Source: an uncultured Clostridium sp. (GTDB lineage: Bacteria > Bacillota > Clostridia > Ch29). From it: a stretch of 64,000 nucleotides of DNA. The notes under the pieces were generated by a model. It saw only the letters and a program-made list of their open reading frames with translations, made no database searches and was not told the origin of the DNA. The DNA is taken from NCBI GenBank assembly GCA_964529035.1, contig CAZGUG010000001.1:16886-80885 (forward strand), given 5' to 3'. Each line of letters opens with the position of its first letter. The stretch's first letter is position 1. The position numbers and the translations under genes are program-made. Below are positions 38,893-48,295 of the stretch, piece by piece.

Positions 38893-39507
38893 GTGACAGT
38901 AAACTATGAAAACCTTAATTCCATGCAGATAGATGTGTTTAAAGAGCTTGGCAATATTGGCGCAGGCAATGCGGTAACCGCCCTGTCAAAGATGTTGAAC
39001 AAAAAGGTCAATATGGAAGTACCAAAGGTCAGGATATTGGAATTCAAAGAGGTGCCGGAACTGCTGAACGGTGCCGAAATGCCGGTTGCGGGAATATATT
39101 TCCGGGTACAGGGGGATATTTCGGGAAACATTATGTTCATTATTCCCGAGGATTCATCAAAAACACTGATTAATATGCTTATGGGAACCTGCCGGGACCG
39201 GGCTGAATTCGATGAAATGGACAGATCCGCCCTTGAGGAAATTGGAAACATTCTGGCCGGGTCCTACATATCATCCTTATCTGCATTGGCGGATATGAAA
39301 ATTACAATATCGGTACCGGCCCTGGCCATCGATATGGTGGGCGCAGTATTAAGCGTTCCAATAATTCAATTCGGTCAAATGGGTGACAGTGTAATGCTTA
39401 TTGAAACCCGTTTTTTCGAAGGTGATACGCAGGTAAAGGGATATTTTTTGCTTATCCCGGATATGGGTTCATTTACCAAATTATTGGAAAAGTTAGGAGT
39501 AGCGTAA
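38893..39507 (+). CDS. cheC: CheY-P phosphatase CheC.
   Basis: Two CheC repeats: ELGNIGAGNAVTALSKML and EIGNILAGSYISSLSAL; GTG start. Confidence 0.88.
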   Translation: MTVNYENLNSMQIDVFKELGNIGAGNAVTALSKMLNKKVNMEVPKVRILEFKEVPELLNGAEMPVAGIYFRVQGDISGNIMFIIPEDSSKTLINMLMGTCRDRAEFDEMDRSALEEIGNILAGSYISSLSALADMKITISVPALAIDMVGAVLSVPIIQFGQMGDSVMLIETRFFEGDTQVKGYFLLIPDMGSFTKLLEKLGVA

Positions 39508-39509
39508 TT

Positions 39510-39998
39510 ATGAAAGAAAAGATAACAAAAATAGGGATGGCTGAAGTAAGTGCGGCAAAACATCCTGCTGTACTCATAACCCTCGGCCTTGGCTCCTGTG
39601 TGGGGATTTGTCTGTACGACAAAGCAAAAAAAGTGGTTGGAATGGCACATATTATGCTGCCTTCAAGCAGGGAGATTAAAAACAACAATAATAAAGCCAA
39701 ATTTGCAGATACTGCAGTGGAACTGCTTTTAGAAGACATGCTCGGTTTAGGGGCACAAAGACACCGGATAACAGCAAAAATTGCCGGAGGAGCGCAGATG
39801 TTTTCCTTCAGTTCTGCAAACGAGCTTATGAAAATAGGAGAGCGGAATGTACAGGCTGTTAAATCGGAACTTGTAAGGCTGTCAATACCTGTCATAGCCG
39901 AGGATGTTGGGGGAAACTATGGGAGGACAATCGAGTTTTATTCAGAAAACGGTGACCTCGGTATAAAGACAATAGGGCATGGAATACATGTAATTTAG
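39510..39998 (+). CDS. cheD: Chemoreceptor glutamine deamidase CheD.
   Basis: LITLGLGSCVGICLYD with catalytic Cys; about 160 aa; follows cheC as in Bacillus. Confidence 0.88.
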   Translation: MKEKITKIGMAEVSAAKHPAVLITLGLGSCVGICLYDKAKKVVGMAHIMLPSSREIKNNNNKAKFADTAVELLLEDMLGLGAQRHRITAKIAGGAQMFSFSSANELMKIGERNVQAVKSELVRLSIPVIAEDVGGNYGRTIEFYSENGDLGIKTIGHGIHVI

Positions 39999-40008
39999 GT
40001 GATGAGTG

Positions 40009-40305
40009 ATGAAAAAACATAAAGAAATACCAATATACTTTTCTTTGGCTGCAGCAGTAATCACAATAATTATGTCCATAATAAACAGGATAACAATAAT
40101 TAGGACCGTGTTAAGAATTATACCGGCTGCTTCGATATTTTATATACTGGGTTTATTATTCTCAAAAACGGTACTTAAAGACATAAGCAGTAAACCTGAA
40201 AAGTACGAAAGCATTGATATAGCTGCTGATGAAGATGAAGAGTTCCAAGAGCTTGAACTGCCGGTCGTTGATGAGGCCGAGAGGAAAGTAGTCGGTAGGG
40301 GGTAG
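40009..40305 (+). CDS. Small hypothetical membrane protein with two TM segments and an acidic C-terminal tail.
   Basis: AGGTGA precedes ATG 40009. Two hydrophobic stretches, then an EDEEFQELELPVVDEAE tail. Lies between cheD and sigD; no family recognised. Confidence 0.55.
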   Translation: MKKHKEIPIYFSLAAAVITIIMSIINRITIIRTVLRIIPAASIFYILGLLFSKTVLKDISSKPEKYESIDIAADEDEEFQELELPVVDEAERKVVGRG

Positions 40306-40310
40306 ACCTG

Positions 40311-41081
40311 ATGGATATAAACAAGGTGTGGCAGGAATATAAAAAAAGCAAGGACCGGGAAGCAAAAAACATATTGATAAGTAATTATATTCCACTGGTA
40401 AAGATAACCGCAGGCCGTCTTAAGAGCACCATAACTTCAGGCAGCGTAGAATTGGATGACCTGGTAAGTTACGGTGTTATTGGACTGCTTGATGCGATAG
40501 ATAAATTTGATATAGAAAAAAACGTAAAATTTGAAACCTACGCACAAATGAGAATACGTGGTTCAATGATAGATCAGCTGAGAAAGAACGACTGGGCTCC
40601 AAGGTCAATGAGACAGAAAGCAAGAAAAATTGAAAATGCTTATCGTGAACTGGAAAACAGGCTTGGCAGATATCCCACCGATGAAGAGGTGGCGGATTTT
40701 ATCGGCATGGGAATGGATGAATTCTCTGAACTGCTGGGGCAGATAAGCACATTGTCAATGGTTTCTCTGGAAGAAATGCTGGAAAACAGGATGGAAGCCC
40801 GTGCCGGCCTTACAAGCAGGGAAGGGGAAGATTATAAGGAAAGCGAACCCGAAAGACTGGTCGGAGATAAGGAGATAAAAAGGCTGTTAAAGCAGGCAAT
40901 AGATGAACTGCCGGAAAGGGAAAAGCTAATTATTTCATTATACTATTTTGATGAACTTACATATAAGGAAATTGGCAGTGTGCTGTCCATCTCTGAATCC
41001 AGGGTATCACAACTGCACTCCAAGGCAGTCATACGAATGCGGAACAAGCTATCAGAGTATAAAAGGGATTTAATAATATAG
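40311..41081 (+). CDS. sigD: Flagellar sigma factor SigD/FliA (sigma-28).
   Basis: Region 2 (DLVSYGVIGLLDAIDKFD) and region 4 HTH (LTYKEIGSVLSISESRVSQLHSKAV); 256 aa; after cheD. Confidence 0.92.
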   Translation: MDINKVWQEYKKSKDREAKNILISNYIPLVKITAGRLKSTITSGSVELDDLVSYGVIGLLDAIDKFDIEKNVKFETYAQMRIRGSMIDQLRKNDWAPRSMRQKARKIENAYRELENRLGRYPTDEEVADFIGMGMDEFSELLGQISTLSMVSLEEMLENRMEARAGLTSREGEDYKESEPERLVGDKEIKRLLKQAIDELPEREKLIISLYYFDELTYKEIGSVLSISESRVSQLHSKAVIRMRNKLSEYKRDLII

Positions 41082-41085
41082 GGGG

Positions 41086-42861
41086 GTGAAGTCTTTGCTG
41101 TTTGAGGGTAAAACTATTGAAGAAGCTGTGAAAAAAGGCCTGGAGCATTATAATATTTCAGAAGAAACGGCTAGGATCACCGTGGTCAGGAAAGGTAGAG
41201 TAATAAGGGGGATTTGCATTGAAAAATTTGCTGTTGAAATTGAACCGAAAGAGGCTCCGGTATTTTCTGTGGATGGAAGCTATAAAATTTTATACAGGGA
41301 AGACGGTGTCTATATTGAAACAAGTCCGCCTGTCGGAAATGGCAGAAAAATCAGTTTAAAGGACGTCTGGGAAAGGCTTGAGTACAAAAAGATTGAAGAA
41401 ATAGACGAAAAGGCGGTGGAAGATGCGGTTAATTCAACCGAGGATAATCTTCTAAGAATTGCTCCGCCCCAGAAGGAGACCAAATACGACGCTTCTTTAA
41501 AAGTGGAGATTGGCAGGGATGGGAGCCAGGCATACGCAACCATGGTGCCACCGGATGGCGGAGAACCCCTGACTGTGGAAAAAGGATTGGAGATGCTGAA
41601 GGAAAACGGAGTAACAGCGGGTATAGACCATGCTTGTATAAAGGAAATGGTTACAGAAAATATTTATGGTATACCAAAACAGGTAGCTGTGGCCGTGCAG
41701 CCAATTGATGGAGAAAACGGTTACGTGGAATACAAGGTGGATATTGGCAGCAAATCAAGTCCAAGCATTAAAGAAGACGGAACTGTGGACTTTCACGAAC
41801 TGGGAATTATTCAAAACATAAAAAAGGGACAGATACTGGCAAAGCTTTATCCCCCAACCGAGGGAAAGGATGGACAGGATGTCAGGGGGAATACTATTAA
41901 GGCTAAGGATGGAATTCCGGCAAGGCTTCCAAAGGGAAAGAACACGGAAATTGCGGAGGACAGGGAAAGCCTGGTGGCATTGATAGACGGCCAGTTGAGC
42001 GTTACAAACGGAAACATTAATATTCTGCCGATATATGAAGTAAGGGGTAACGTTGACAATTCCACAGGCAACATTAAATTCATAGGCAAGGTCATAATTA
42101 GGGGTAATGTTTTGACCGGTTTTGAAATAGAGGCCGAGGGAGATATAGAAGTGGACGGTGTGGTGGAGGGAGCAAAACTAAAATCCGGCAGGAATATAAT
42201 CCTGAAAAGAGGAGCCCAGGGCAGCGGCAGGGGGCTGCTTATGTGTGAAGGCAACCTGGCATCGAAATTTATTGAAAACTGCACCGTGGAAGCGGGGGGA
42301 GACGTATTGGCGGAGGCAATAATGCACAGCAACGTAAGCAGCAAATCCAAGATAACGGTAAAGGGCAGAAAGGGGCTTTTGGTCGGTGGGACAATAACCG
42401 CAAGAAATGAGATAAAGGCCGTAACAATCGGTTCCCCGATGGCAACCATAACCCATCTTGAAGTGGGCGTGGACCCGCAGCTTAGACGAAATATAGAAAC
42501 AGAAAGTAATAATCTTCAGAAGGAAAGCAAAACCCTTGAGCAGGTAAACCTGAATATTGGATTGGTTGCCAAGATGGCTAAAAAAGGATACGTAACACAG
42601 GAGAAGAAAATACTACTGCAAAAAAGCGCCGCATTGAAAGAGCAGCTGGAAAAAACCATAAGCCAGAGGAAAAAACGACTTGCTGAGCTGAACAGTCAGC
42701 TAAACTTTATTTCAAAGGGGCGTGTGAAAGCGGAAAAAGCAATACATCCGGGTACCATAATAAATATCGGTTCATCCAGCATGCATGTTAAAGATACCAT
42801 TGAGCATGCAACTCTTTACAGGGAAGGCGGGGAAATAAGGGTTGGTTCCTTTGAGGAATAA
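41086..42861 (+). CDS. FapA-like (DUF342) flagellar-associated protein.
   Basis: Jag/FapA-N-like N-terminal domain (MKSLLFEGKTIEEAVKKGLEHYNISEE), then long beta-helix-like repeats of G-x-V/I (GNVDNSTGNIKFIGKVIIRGNVLTGFEIEAEGDIEVDGVVEGAKLKSGRNIIL...) and a C-terminal coiled coil. Start is GTG 41086 or TTG 41095. Confidence 0.7.
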   Translation: MKSLLFEGKTIEEAVKKGLEHYNISEETARITVVRKGRVIRGICIEKFAVEIEPKEAPVFSVDGSYKILYREDGVYIETSPPVGNGRKISLKDVWERLEYKKIEEIDEKAVEDAVNSTEDNLLRIAPPQKETKYDASLKVEIGRDGSQAYATMVPPDGGEPLTVEKGLEMLKENGVTAGIDHACIKEMVTENIYGIPKQVAVAVQPIDGENGYVEYKVDIGSKSSPSIKEDGTVDFHELGIIQNIKKGQILAKLYPPTEGKDGQDVRGNTIKAKDGIPARLPKGKNTEIAEDRESLVALIDGQLSVTNGNINILPIYEVRGNVDNSTGNIKFIGKVIIRGNVLTGFEIEAEGDIEVDGVVEGAKLKSGRNIILKRGAQGSGRGLLMCEGNLASKFIENCTVEAGGDVLAEAIMHSNVSSKSKITVKGRKGLLVGGTITARNEIKAVTIGSPMATITHLEVGVDPQLRRNIETESNNLQKESKTLEQVNLNIGLVAKMAKKGYVTQEKKILLQKSAALKEQLEKTISQRKKRLAELNSQLNFISKGRVKAEKAIHPGTIINIGSSSMHVKDTIEHATLYREGGEIRVGSFEE

Positions 42862-42875
42862 CGGGAGGTGGTCAT

Positions 42876-43178
42876 ATGACTATAAGATCGGTAGACCTCC
42901 AGGTGGTGGTGCAGAAAGCTTCCGAAGTAATGAGAAACAGACAGAATGAGAATTCAAAGACACGAATCCAGCTTCAGCAGCAGGCCCAACAGCTGCACCA
43001 AAAGGAACATATTGACAGCCGCCAGGTAAAAATGATGCAAAAGCCGGGCAGAACCGCAATAAATGAAAAGGAAAACCAGAGCAAAAACAATGAGCAGCGC
43101 CAAAAAAAAGGCAAAACAAAAAAGGGCCAGAAACAAAGAAAAAAAGACGGCACTTCCACTATAGATATAAAGATATAG
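42876..43178 (+). CDS. Hypothetical, strongly basic K/Q/R-rich 100-aa protein.
   Basis: GGGAGGTGG RBS. Sequence ...RNRQNENSKTRIQLQQQAQQLHQKEH...QRQKKGKTKKGQKQRKKDG. No recognisable family; co-oriented and tightly spaced within the operon. Confidence 0.5.
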   Translation: MTIRSVDLQVVVQKASEVMRNRQNENSKTRIQLQQQAQQLHQKEHIDSRQVKMMQKPGRTAINEKENQSKNNEQRQKKGKTKKGQKQRKKDGTSTIDIKI

Positions 43179-43190
43179 AGGTGTTACACC

Positions 43191-43622
43191 ATGAATTATT
43201 TACTGCTGATTTTTGGGATAGTACTGGTAATAATAGCACTGGTACTGTTTATCATGGACAGGAAAAAAACAAGCTCCGAGATACAGGATTTGGAAAGGGC
43301 CAACGCCCAGACCGAATACCTTATTGAGGAGTTGAATGAGCTTTCGTCCATAATAGTAGATGAAATGGAAAAAAAGTATATCAAAATGTTGGATATATAC
43401 CAGGAACTGCTTGCTGTATCTGCAGTTGAACAAAAGGAAAAGGAAGAACCAAGGCAGGAAAAACAAACAGGAAAGAAAACAAAGGTGCAGAGCATGCGTA
43501 ATAAAATTTTAGAACTGCACAAATTGGGCAGCTCTCCTGTCGAAATAGCCAGTCAGACCGGCATAGGAATAGGAGAGGTGGAATTGATAATTAAATTTGC
43601 ACAAGGGACTGTGGAAAGCTGA
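43191..43622 (+). CDS. Hypothetical membrane-anchored protein with a C-terminal HTH-like motif resembling sigma-70 region 4 (SwrB-position analogue?).
   Basis: N-terminal TM (LLLIFGIVLVIIALVLFIM), coiled coil, then KILELHKLGSSPVEIASQTGIGIGEVELIIKF. Last gene before the rpsB promoter. Confidence 0.6.
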   Translation: MNYLLLIFGIVLVIIALVLFIMDRKKTSSEIQDLERANAQTEYLIEELNELSSIIVDEMEKKYIKMLDIYQELLAVSAVEQKEKEEPRQEKQTGKKTKVQSMRNKILELHKLGSSPVEIASQTGIGIGEVELIIKFAQGTVES

Positions 43623-43643
43623 AAAAGCATGGGCAAAATATTA

Positions 43644-43672
43644 TTGCTAATAAATAGGAACTGTGGTATACT
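43644..43672 (+). promoter_or_regulatory. Sigma-A promoter candidate for rpsB-tsf.
   Basis: TTGCTA (43644-49), 17-nt spacer, extended -10 TGgTATACT (43664-72). Confidence 0.55.
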
Positions 43673-43705
43673 ACTCAAGGCACAAAAAAGTACACACACC
43701 CTGTG

Positions 43706-43739
43706 AAAAAAGGACGGGTGCCGATGGGTTGTCCTTTTG
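43706..43739 (+). promoter_or_regulatory. Hairpin in the rpsB 5' leader; possible S2 autoregulatory or stability element.
   Basis: AAAAAGGAC (43706-14) / GTCCTTTT (43731-38) around a 16-nt loop, about 40 nt upstream of the start. Confidence 0.3.
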
Positions 43740-43781
43740 AATGAAGAGGGTGGAGGAAAAAACCATAGGAGGCGTTTTTTA

Positions 43782-44492
43782 ATGTCTGTAGTAAGTATGA
43801 AACAACTGCTTGAAGCAGGAGTCCATTTCGGGCATCAAACCAGGAGATGGAACCCCAAAATGGCAAAGTACATTTTCACTGAAAGAAACGGGATTTATAT
43901 CATTGACCTACAGAAAACAGTGGAAAAAATCGAAAGTTCGTATCAGTTTATAAAGGATGTAGTGGCCGAGAACAAGGAAATATTGTTTGTGGGCACAAAA
44001 AAGCAGGCCCAGGAATCCATCGAGGAAGAAAGCAAACGGTGTGAAATGCCATATATAAACCAGAGGTGGCTGGGAGGAACGCTGACAAATTTCAAAACCA
44101 TCAGAAAAAGGATAGACAGACTGCATCAGCTGGAAAAAATGGAAGAGGACGGCACATTCAGTCTCCTGCCAAAAAAGGAAGTAATCAAGCTCAGACATGA
44201 GCAGGAAAAGCTTAACAAATTCCTTGGCGGGATAAAGACAATGAAACAACTGCCCGGGGCCCTGTTTATAGTGGACCCGCGCAAAGAAAAAATTGCAGTG
44301 GCTGAAGCAAGAAAATTAGGAATACCTATTATAGGTATTGTTGATACTAATTGTGACCCCGACGAGATTGACCATGTAATTCCGGGTAATGACGATGCAA
44401 TAAGAGCGGTAAAACTAATAACTTCAATAATGGCAAATGCGGTACTTGAAGCAAAGCAGGGCGAACAAACTATCGAGGAAGAGCAGCAGTAA
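43782..44492 (+). CDS. rpsB: 30S ribosomal protein S2.
   Basis: [27 protein letters not shown]...; AGGAGG precedes ATG 43782; the ORF-track start at 43737 is an unsupported upstream extension. Confidence 0.93.
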   Translation: MSVVSMKQLLEAGVHFGHQTRRWNPKMAKYIFTERNGIYIIDLQKTVEKIESSYQFIKDVVAENKEILFVGTKKQAQESIEEESKRCEMPYINQRWLGGTLTNFKTIRKRIDRLHQLEKMEEDGTFSLLPKKEVIKLRHEQEKLNKFLGGIKTMKQLPGALFIVDPRKEKIAVAEARKLGIPIIGIVDTNCDPDEIDHVIPGNDDAIRAVKLITSIMANAVLEAKQGEQTIEEEQQ

Positions 44493-44553
44493 AAGGTGAG
44501 GGTTTGCCCTTGCCTTTTGTTTTTTAATCAAAAAAGATATGGAGGTAGTTATT

Positions 44554-45201
44554 ATGATAACAGCTGGTATGGTTAAGGAACTAAGGGAAAAAACAGGAGC
44601 CGGTATGCTGGATTGTAAAAATGCCCTGGTAAAGGCGGACGGAGATATGGAAAAAGCGGTGGACCTGCTTCGGGAGAAGGGATTAGCCGCCGCGGCAAAA
44701 AAATCGGGCAGGATTACAGCCGAGGGTATAGTCGATTCATATATACATATGGGGGGACGTATAGGTGTATTGATTGAAGTTAATTGTGAAACGGATTTTG
44801 TGGCAAAGACCGAAGAATTTAAAAGTTTTGTGAAGAACATGGCCATGCAGGTTGCAGCTTCCAGTCCCAGGTATATATCCAGGGATGAGATTCCCGGGGA
44901 AACAGTTGAAAAAGAAAAGAATATACTCATGCAGCAGGCCCTGAACGAAGGGAAGCCCCGGCATATTGTCGAAAAAATGGTTGAAGGAAGGATTGAAAAA
45001 TATTACAGGGAAGTATGCCTCATAGAGCAGCCCTATATACGTGACCCGGAAATTTCGGTCGGACAGGTTCTCAAGGAAACCATTGCAAAGATTGGAGAAA
45101 ATATATCGGTCCGAAGGTTTGTAAGATATGAAATGGGAGAAGGCATACAAAAAAAAGAGGATAATTTTGTTGATGAGGTTATGAAGCAGGTTAATAAATA
45201 G
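44554..45201 (+). CDS. tsf: Elongation factor Ts.
   Basis: [43 protein letters not shown] (UBA-like N-terminal); GGAGG precedes ATG 44554. Confidence 0.92.
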   Translation: MITAGMVKELREKTGAGMLDCKNALVKADGDMEKAVDLLREKGLAAAAKKSGRITAEGIVDSYIHMGGRIGVLIEVNCETDFVAKTEEFKSFVKNMAMQVAASSPRYISRDEIPGETVEKEKNILMQQALNEGKPRHIVEKMVEGRIEKYYREVCLIEQPYIRDPEISVGQVLKETIAKIGENISVRRFVRYEMGEGIQKKEDNFVDEVMKQVNK

Positions 45202-45219
45202 GCCTTTTTAAAAAGTTGG

Positions 45220-45240
45220 TGGGACACAAAAAGTGTCCCA
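45220..45240 (+). terminator. Hairpin after tsf; possible weak or bidirectional terminator.
   Basis: TGGGACAC-AAAAA-GTGTCCCA flanked by T/A runs (GCCTTTTTAAAAAG upstream, TTAAAAAAAT downstream). Confidence 0.4.
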
Positions 45241-45259
45241 TTAAAAAAATAAAAGGATA

Positions 45260-46026
<767 letters not shown>

Positions 46027-46122
46027 TATTCGGCTCAGAGGCAACGTATACCCGGCATCATATATTTATTAACTTTGAACTGATGGAAGGGGTGTATTCC
46101 AAAAAAAAAGGAGGAATGAAAA

Positions 46123-46679
46123 TGCATTTGGAAATCTATGACCGTGCTGAAGAAAAGATGAAAAAGACAATAAAGGTGTTAAATGATGAATTAACGACCA
46201 TTAGAGCGGGCAGGGCGAACCCGGGACTTTTGGATAGGATTACTGTGGAATATTACGGGGCGCAAACTCCGCTCAACCAAATAGCGGGCATTTCAGCCCC
46301 CGAACCAAGACTTTTGTTGATACAGCCCTATGACAGTAACGCACTACAGAATATAGAAAAGGCAATAATGAAATCCGATTTGGGACTGAATCCTAATAAT
46401 GACGGCAGGGTTATAAGACTGGTAATACCGCAGCTTACCGAGGAAAGGCGAAAAGAACTGGTCAAACTTGTGAAGAAATACGGAGAGGAAGCAAAGGTAG
46501 CAATCCGAAACGAACGGAGAAATAATATTGATCAGCTTAAAAAAATGAAAAAGAACGGTGAATTAACCGAGGATGATGAAAAGAGGGCCCAGGAGGATAT
46601 CCAAAAAATCACCGATAAACATATTGAATTAGTGGATAAGGAAATAGAAAAAAAAGAAGGGGAAATAATGGAGGTTTAG
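46123..46679 (+). CDS. frr: Ribosome recycling factor.
   Basis: [38 protein letters not shown]; GGAGG at 46111-15 precedes ATG 46123; the ORF-track start at 46023 is an upstream extension. Confidence 0.92.
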
Positions 46680-46711
46680 GTTAAAATAATTTTGTCTATT
46701 ATATGTTTAAC

Positions 46712-46736
46712 GCCCCCAAATTGGGGGTTTTTTCGG
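46712..46736 (+). terminator. Intrinsic terminator after frr.
   Basis: CCCCCAAATTGGGGG hairpin followed by TTTTTTC. Confidence 0.7.
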
Positions 46737-46751
46737 GCGGAGGTAGTGTTT

Positions 46752-47471
46752 ATGAATAAAAAAAATTATCCCGAGCATGTTGCGGTAATAATGGACGGTA
46801 ACGGAAGATGGGCAAAAAAACGCGGACTGACCAGGATGCAGGGGCACAGGGCGGGGGTTGCAGCGTTAAGGGAAATAATAAAATATTCACGGGAAATCGG
46901 GCTTAAATACCTTACCTTATATGCATTTTCTACAGAGAACTGGAAAAGGCCTTTGCCGGAAATTAGAAACTTAATGGACCTGCTGGTGGAATACATTAAC
47001 AGTGAGATTGAACAGTTGCGTAACAATAATATAAAGATAAGAGTACTGGGCGATGTTTCGGCCCTTAGCAATAGCGTAAGAAAAGAAATAAAAAAGGCGG
47101 TTGTTGAGACTTCTAAAAATGACGGACTGGTACTCAGTGTAGCGATAAACTACGGGGGAAGGGACGAGATACTGAGGGCAGTCAGGAATATAGTCGGGGA
47201 TGTATGCAAAGGCAGGGTTAATCCACGGGATATAAACCAGGACTTATTTGAGGCCTATCTTTACACCGAGGGCATACCCAATCCGGATCTGGTAATAAGG
47301 CCCAGCGGAGAGCTTAGGATCAGTAATTTTCTGTTGTGGCAGATTGCCTATTCCGAGCTGTGGTTTTCCGACTGCTACTGGCCGGATTTCAATGCGGAGC
47401 TCTTCCAAAGAGCCCTGGATGACTATTCCGCAAGGGACAGAAGATATGGGGGAATAAACAATGCTAACTAG
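46752..47471 (+). CDS. uppS: Undecaprenyl-diphosphate synthase.
   Basis: HVAVIMDGNGRWAKKRGL...YAFSTENWKRP are cis-prenyltransferase motifs; ATG 46752 has an RBS GGAGGTAG. Confidence 0.92.
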   Translation: MNKKNYPEHVAVIMDGNGRWAKKRGLTRMQGHRAGVAALREIIKYSREIGLKYLTLYAFSTENWKRPLPEIRNLMDLLVEYINSEIEQLRNNNIKIRVLGDVSALSNSVRKEIKKAVVETSKNDGLVLSVAINYGGRDEILRAVRNIVGDVCKGRVNPRDINQDLFEAYLYTEGIPNPDLVIRPSGELRISNFLLWQIAYSELWFSDCYWPDFNAELFQRALDDYSARDRRYGGINNAN

Positions 47472-48267
47472 AATAATAACCGCACTCCTCGGGATACCGT
47501 TACTGGTGTTTGTACTGTATAAGGGCGGTGTATTCATAACCTTCGTATTAATCGCTGTGACATTGGTTGCATTGTGGGAATTTTACAATGCATTCAGAAA
47601 GGTGGATATTTTTGCCTTTAATGCGGCGGGGTTGCTGTCGAGCGCTGTAATGATCTGTGCCGCCGGTATTTATCCGGAAGGGGCAGCCGGAAACCTGACA
47701 GTTGTACTAGTAGCATGTACAATGGCATGCTTTATACAAATGATTTTGCAGAAAAAAGCCCGACTTAACGATTTGGGTATTACGCTGCTTGGTTTGATAT
47801 ACATATCGGTGCTTATGAGTATGATGCTTATGCTGTATCATCTTGATAACGGCAGGGTGTTTATATGGCTGGTGTTTGTTCTCGCCTGGTTTGGGGATAC
47901 CCTTGCATATTTCATTGGAATCACGATAGGAAAACATAAGCTCTGTCCCGCAATCAGTCCGAAAAAATCAATTGAGGGTTCGGCAGCCGGGCTTGCAGGA
48001 AGCATTTCCGGTTCGGTTATGTTTGGTTATGTCGCATGGAGGCTGTTTGGAATAGATTATAAAGTGGTAAACATGGTATTGGTGGGTTTTGCGGGAGGAA
48101 TACTTGCCCAACTGGGGGATCTGACGGCCTCGCTCATAAAAAGACATGCAGGTGTTAAGGACTATGGAAATATAATGCCGGGTCACGGTGGAGTTTTGGA
48201 TAGATTCGACAGCGTACTATTCGTAATACCGATAGTATATTATTATATTAGGTATTTTGCAGGGTAA
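47461..48267 (+). CDS. cdsA: Phosphatidate cytidylyltransferase.
   Basis: Polytopic membrane protein with the C-terminal CTP-transferase signature (SPKKSIEGSAAGLAGS...MPGHGGVLDRFDS). Confidence 0.9.
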   Translation: MLTRIITALLGIPLLVFVLYKGGVFITFVLIAVTLVALWEFYNAFRKVDIFAFNAAGLLSSAVMICAAGIYPEGAAGNLTVVLVACTMACFIQMILQKKARLNDLGITLLGLIYISVLMSMMLMLYHLDNGRVFIWLVFVLAWFGDTLAYFIGITIGKHKLCPAISPKKSIEGSAAGLAGSISGSVMFGYVAWRLFGIDYKVVNMVLVGFAGGILAQLGDLTASLIKRHAGVKDYGNIMPGHGGVLDRFDSVLFVIPIVYYYIRYFAG

Positions 48268-48295
48268 TACTAAGGTATCATTTTATACATAGGAG

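Noticed and set aside
43737-43781. N-terminal extensions in the six-frame track for rpsB (43737), tsf (44539), frr (46023), uppS (46692), ylxQ (60848), rimP (59040), yraN (4427) and rnhB (2007).
   Set aside because: The upstream ATG or first codons lack Shine-Dalgarno sequences. Internal starts sit 5-10 nt after GGAGG-type RBSs and give N-termini matching the known families. The extensions run through terminators or promoters (frr, uppS) or overlap the preceding gene (ylxQ).
44493-44553. Possible attenuator between rpsB and tsf (AGGGTTTGCCCT then TGCCTTTTGTTTTTT).
   Set aside because: Only a 4-bp stem; too weak to call a terminator from sequence alone. It may be a partial terminator as in other rpsB-tsf operons, but it is not supportable here.
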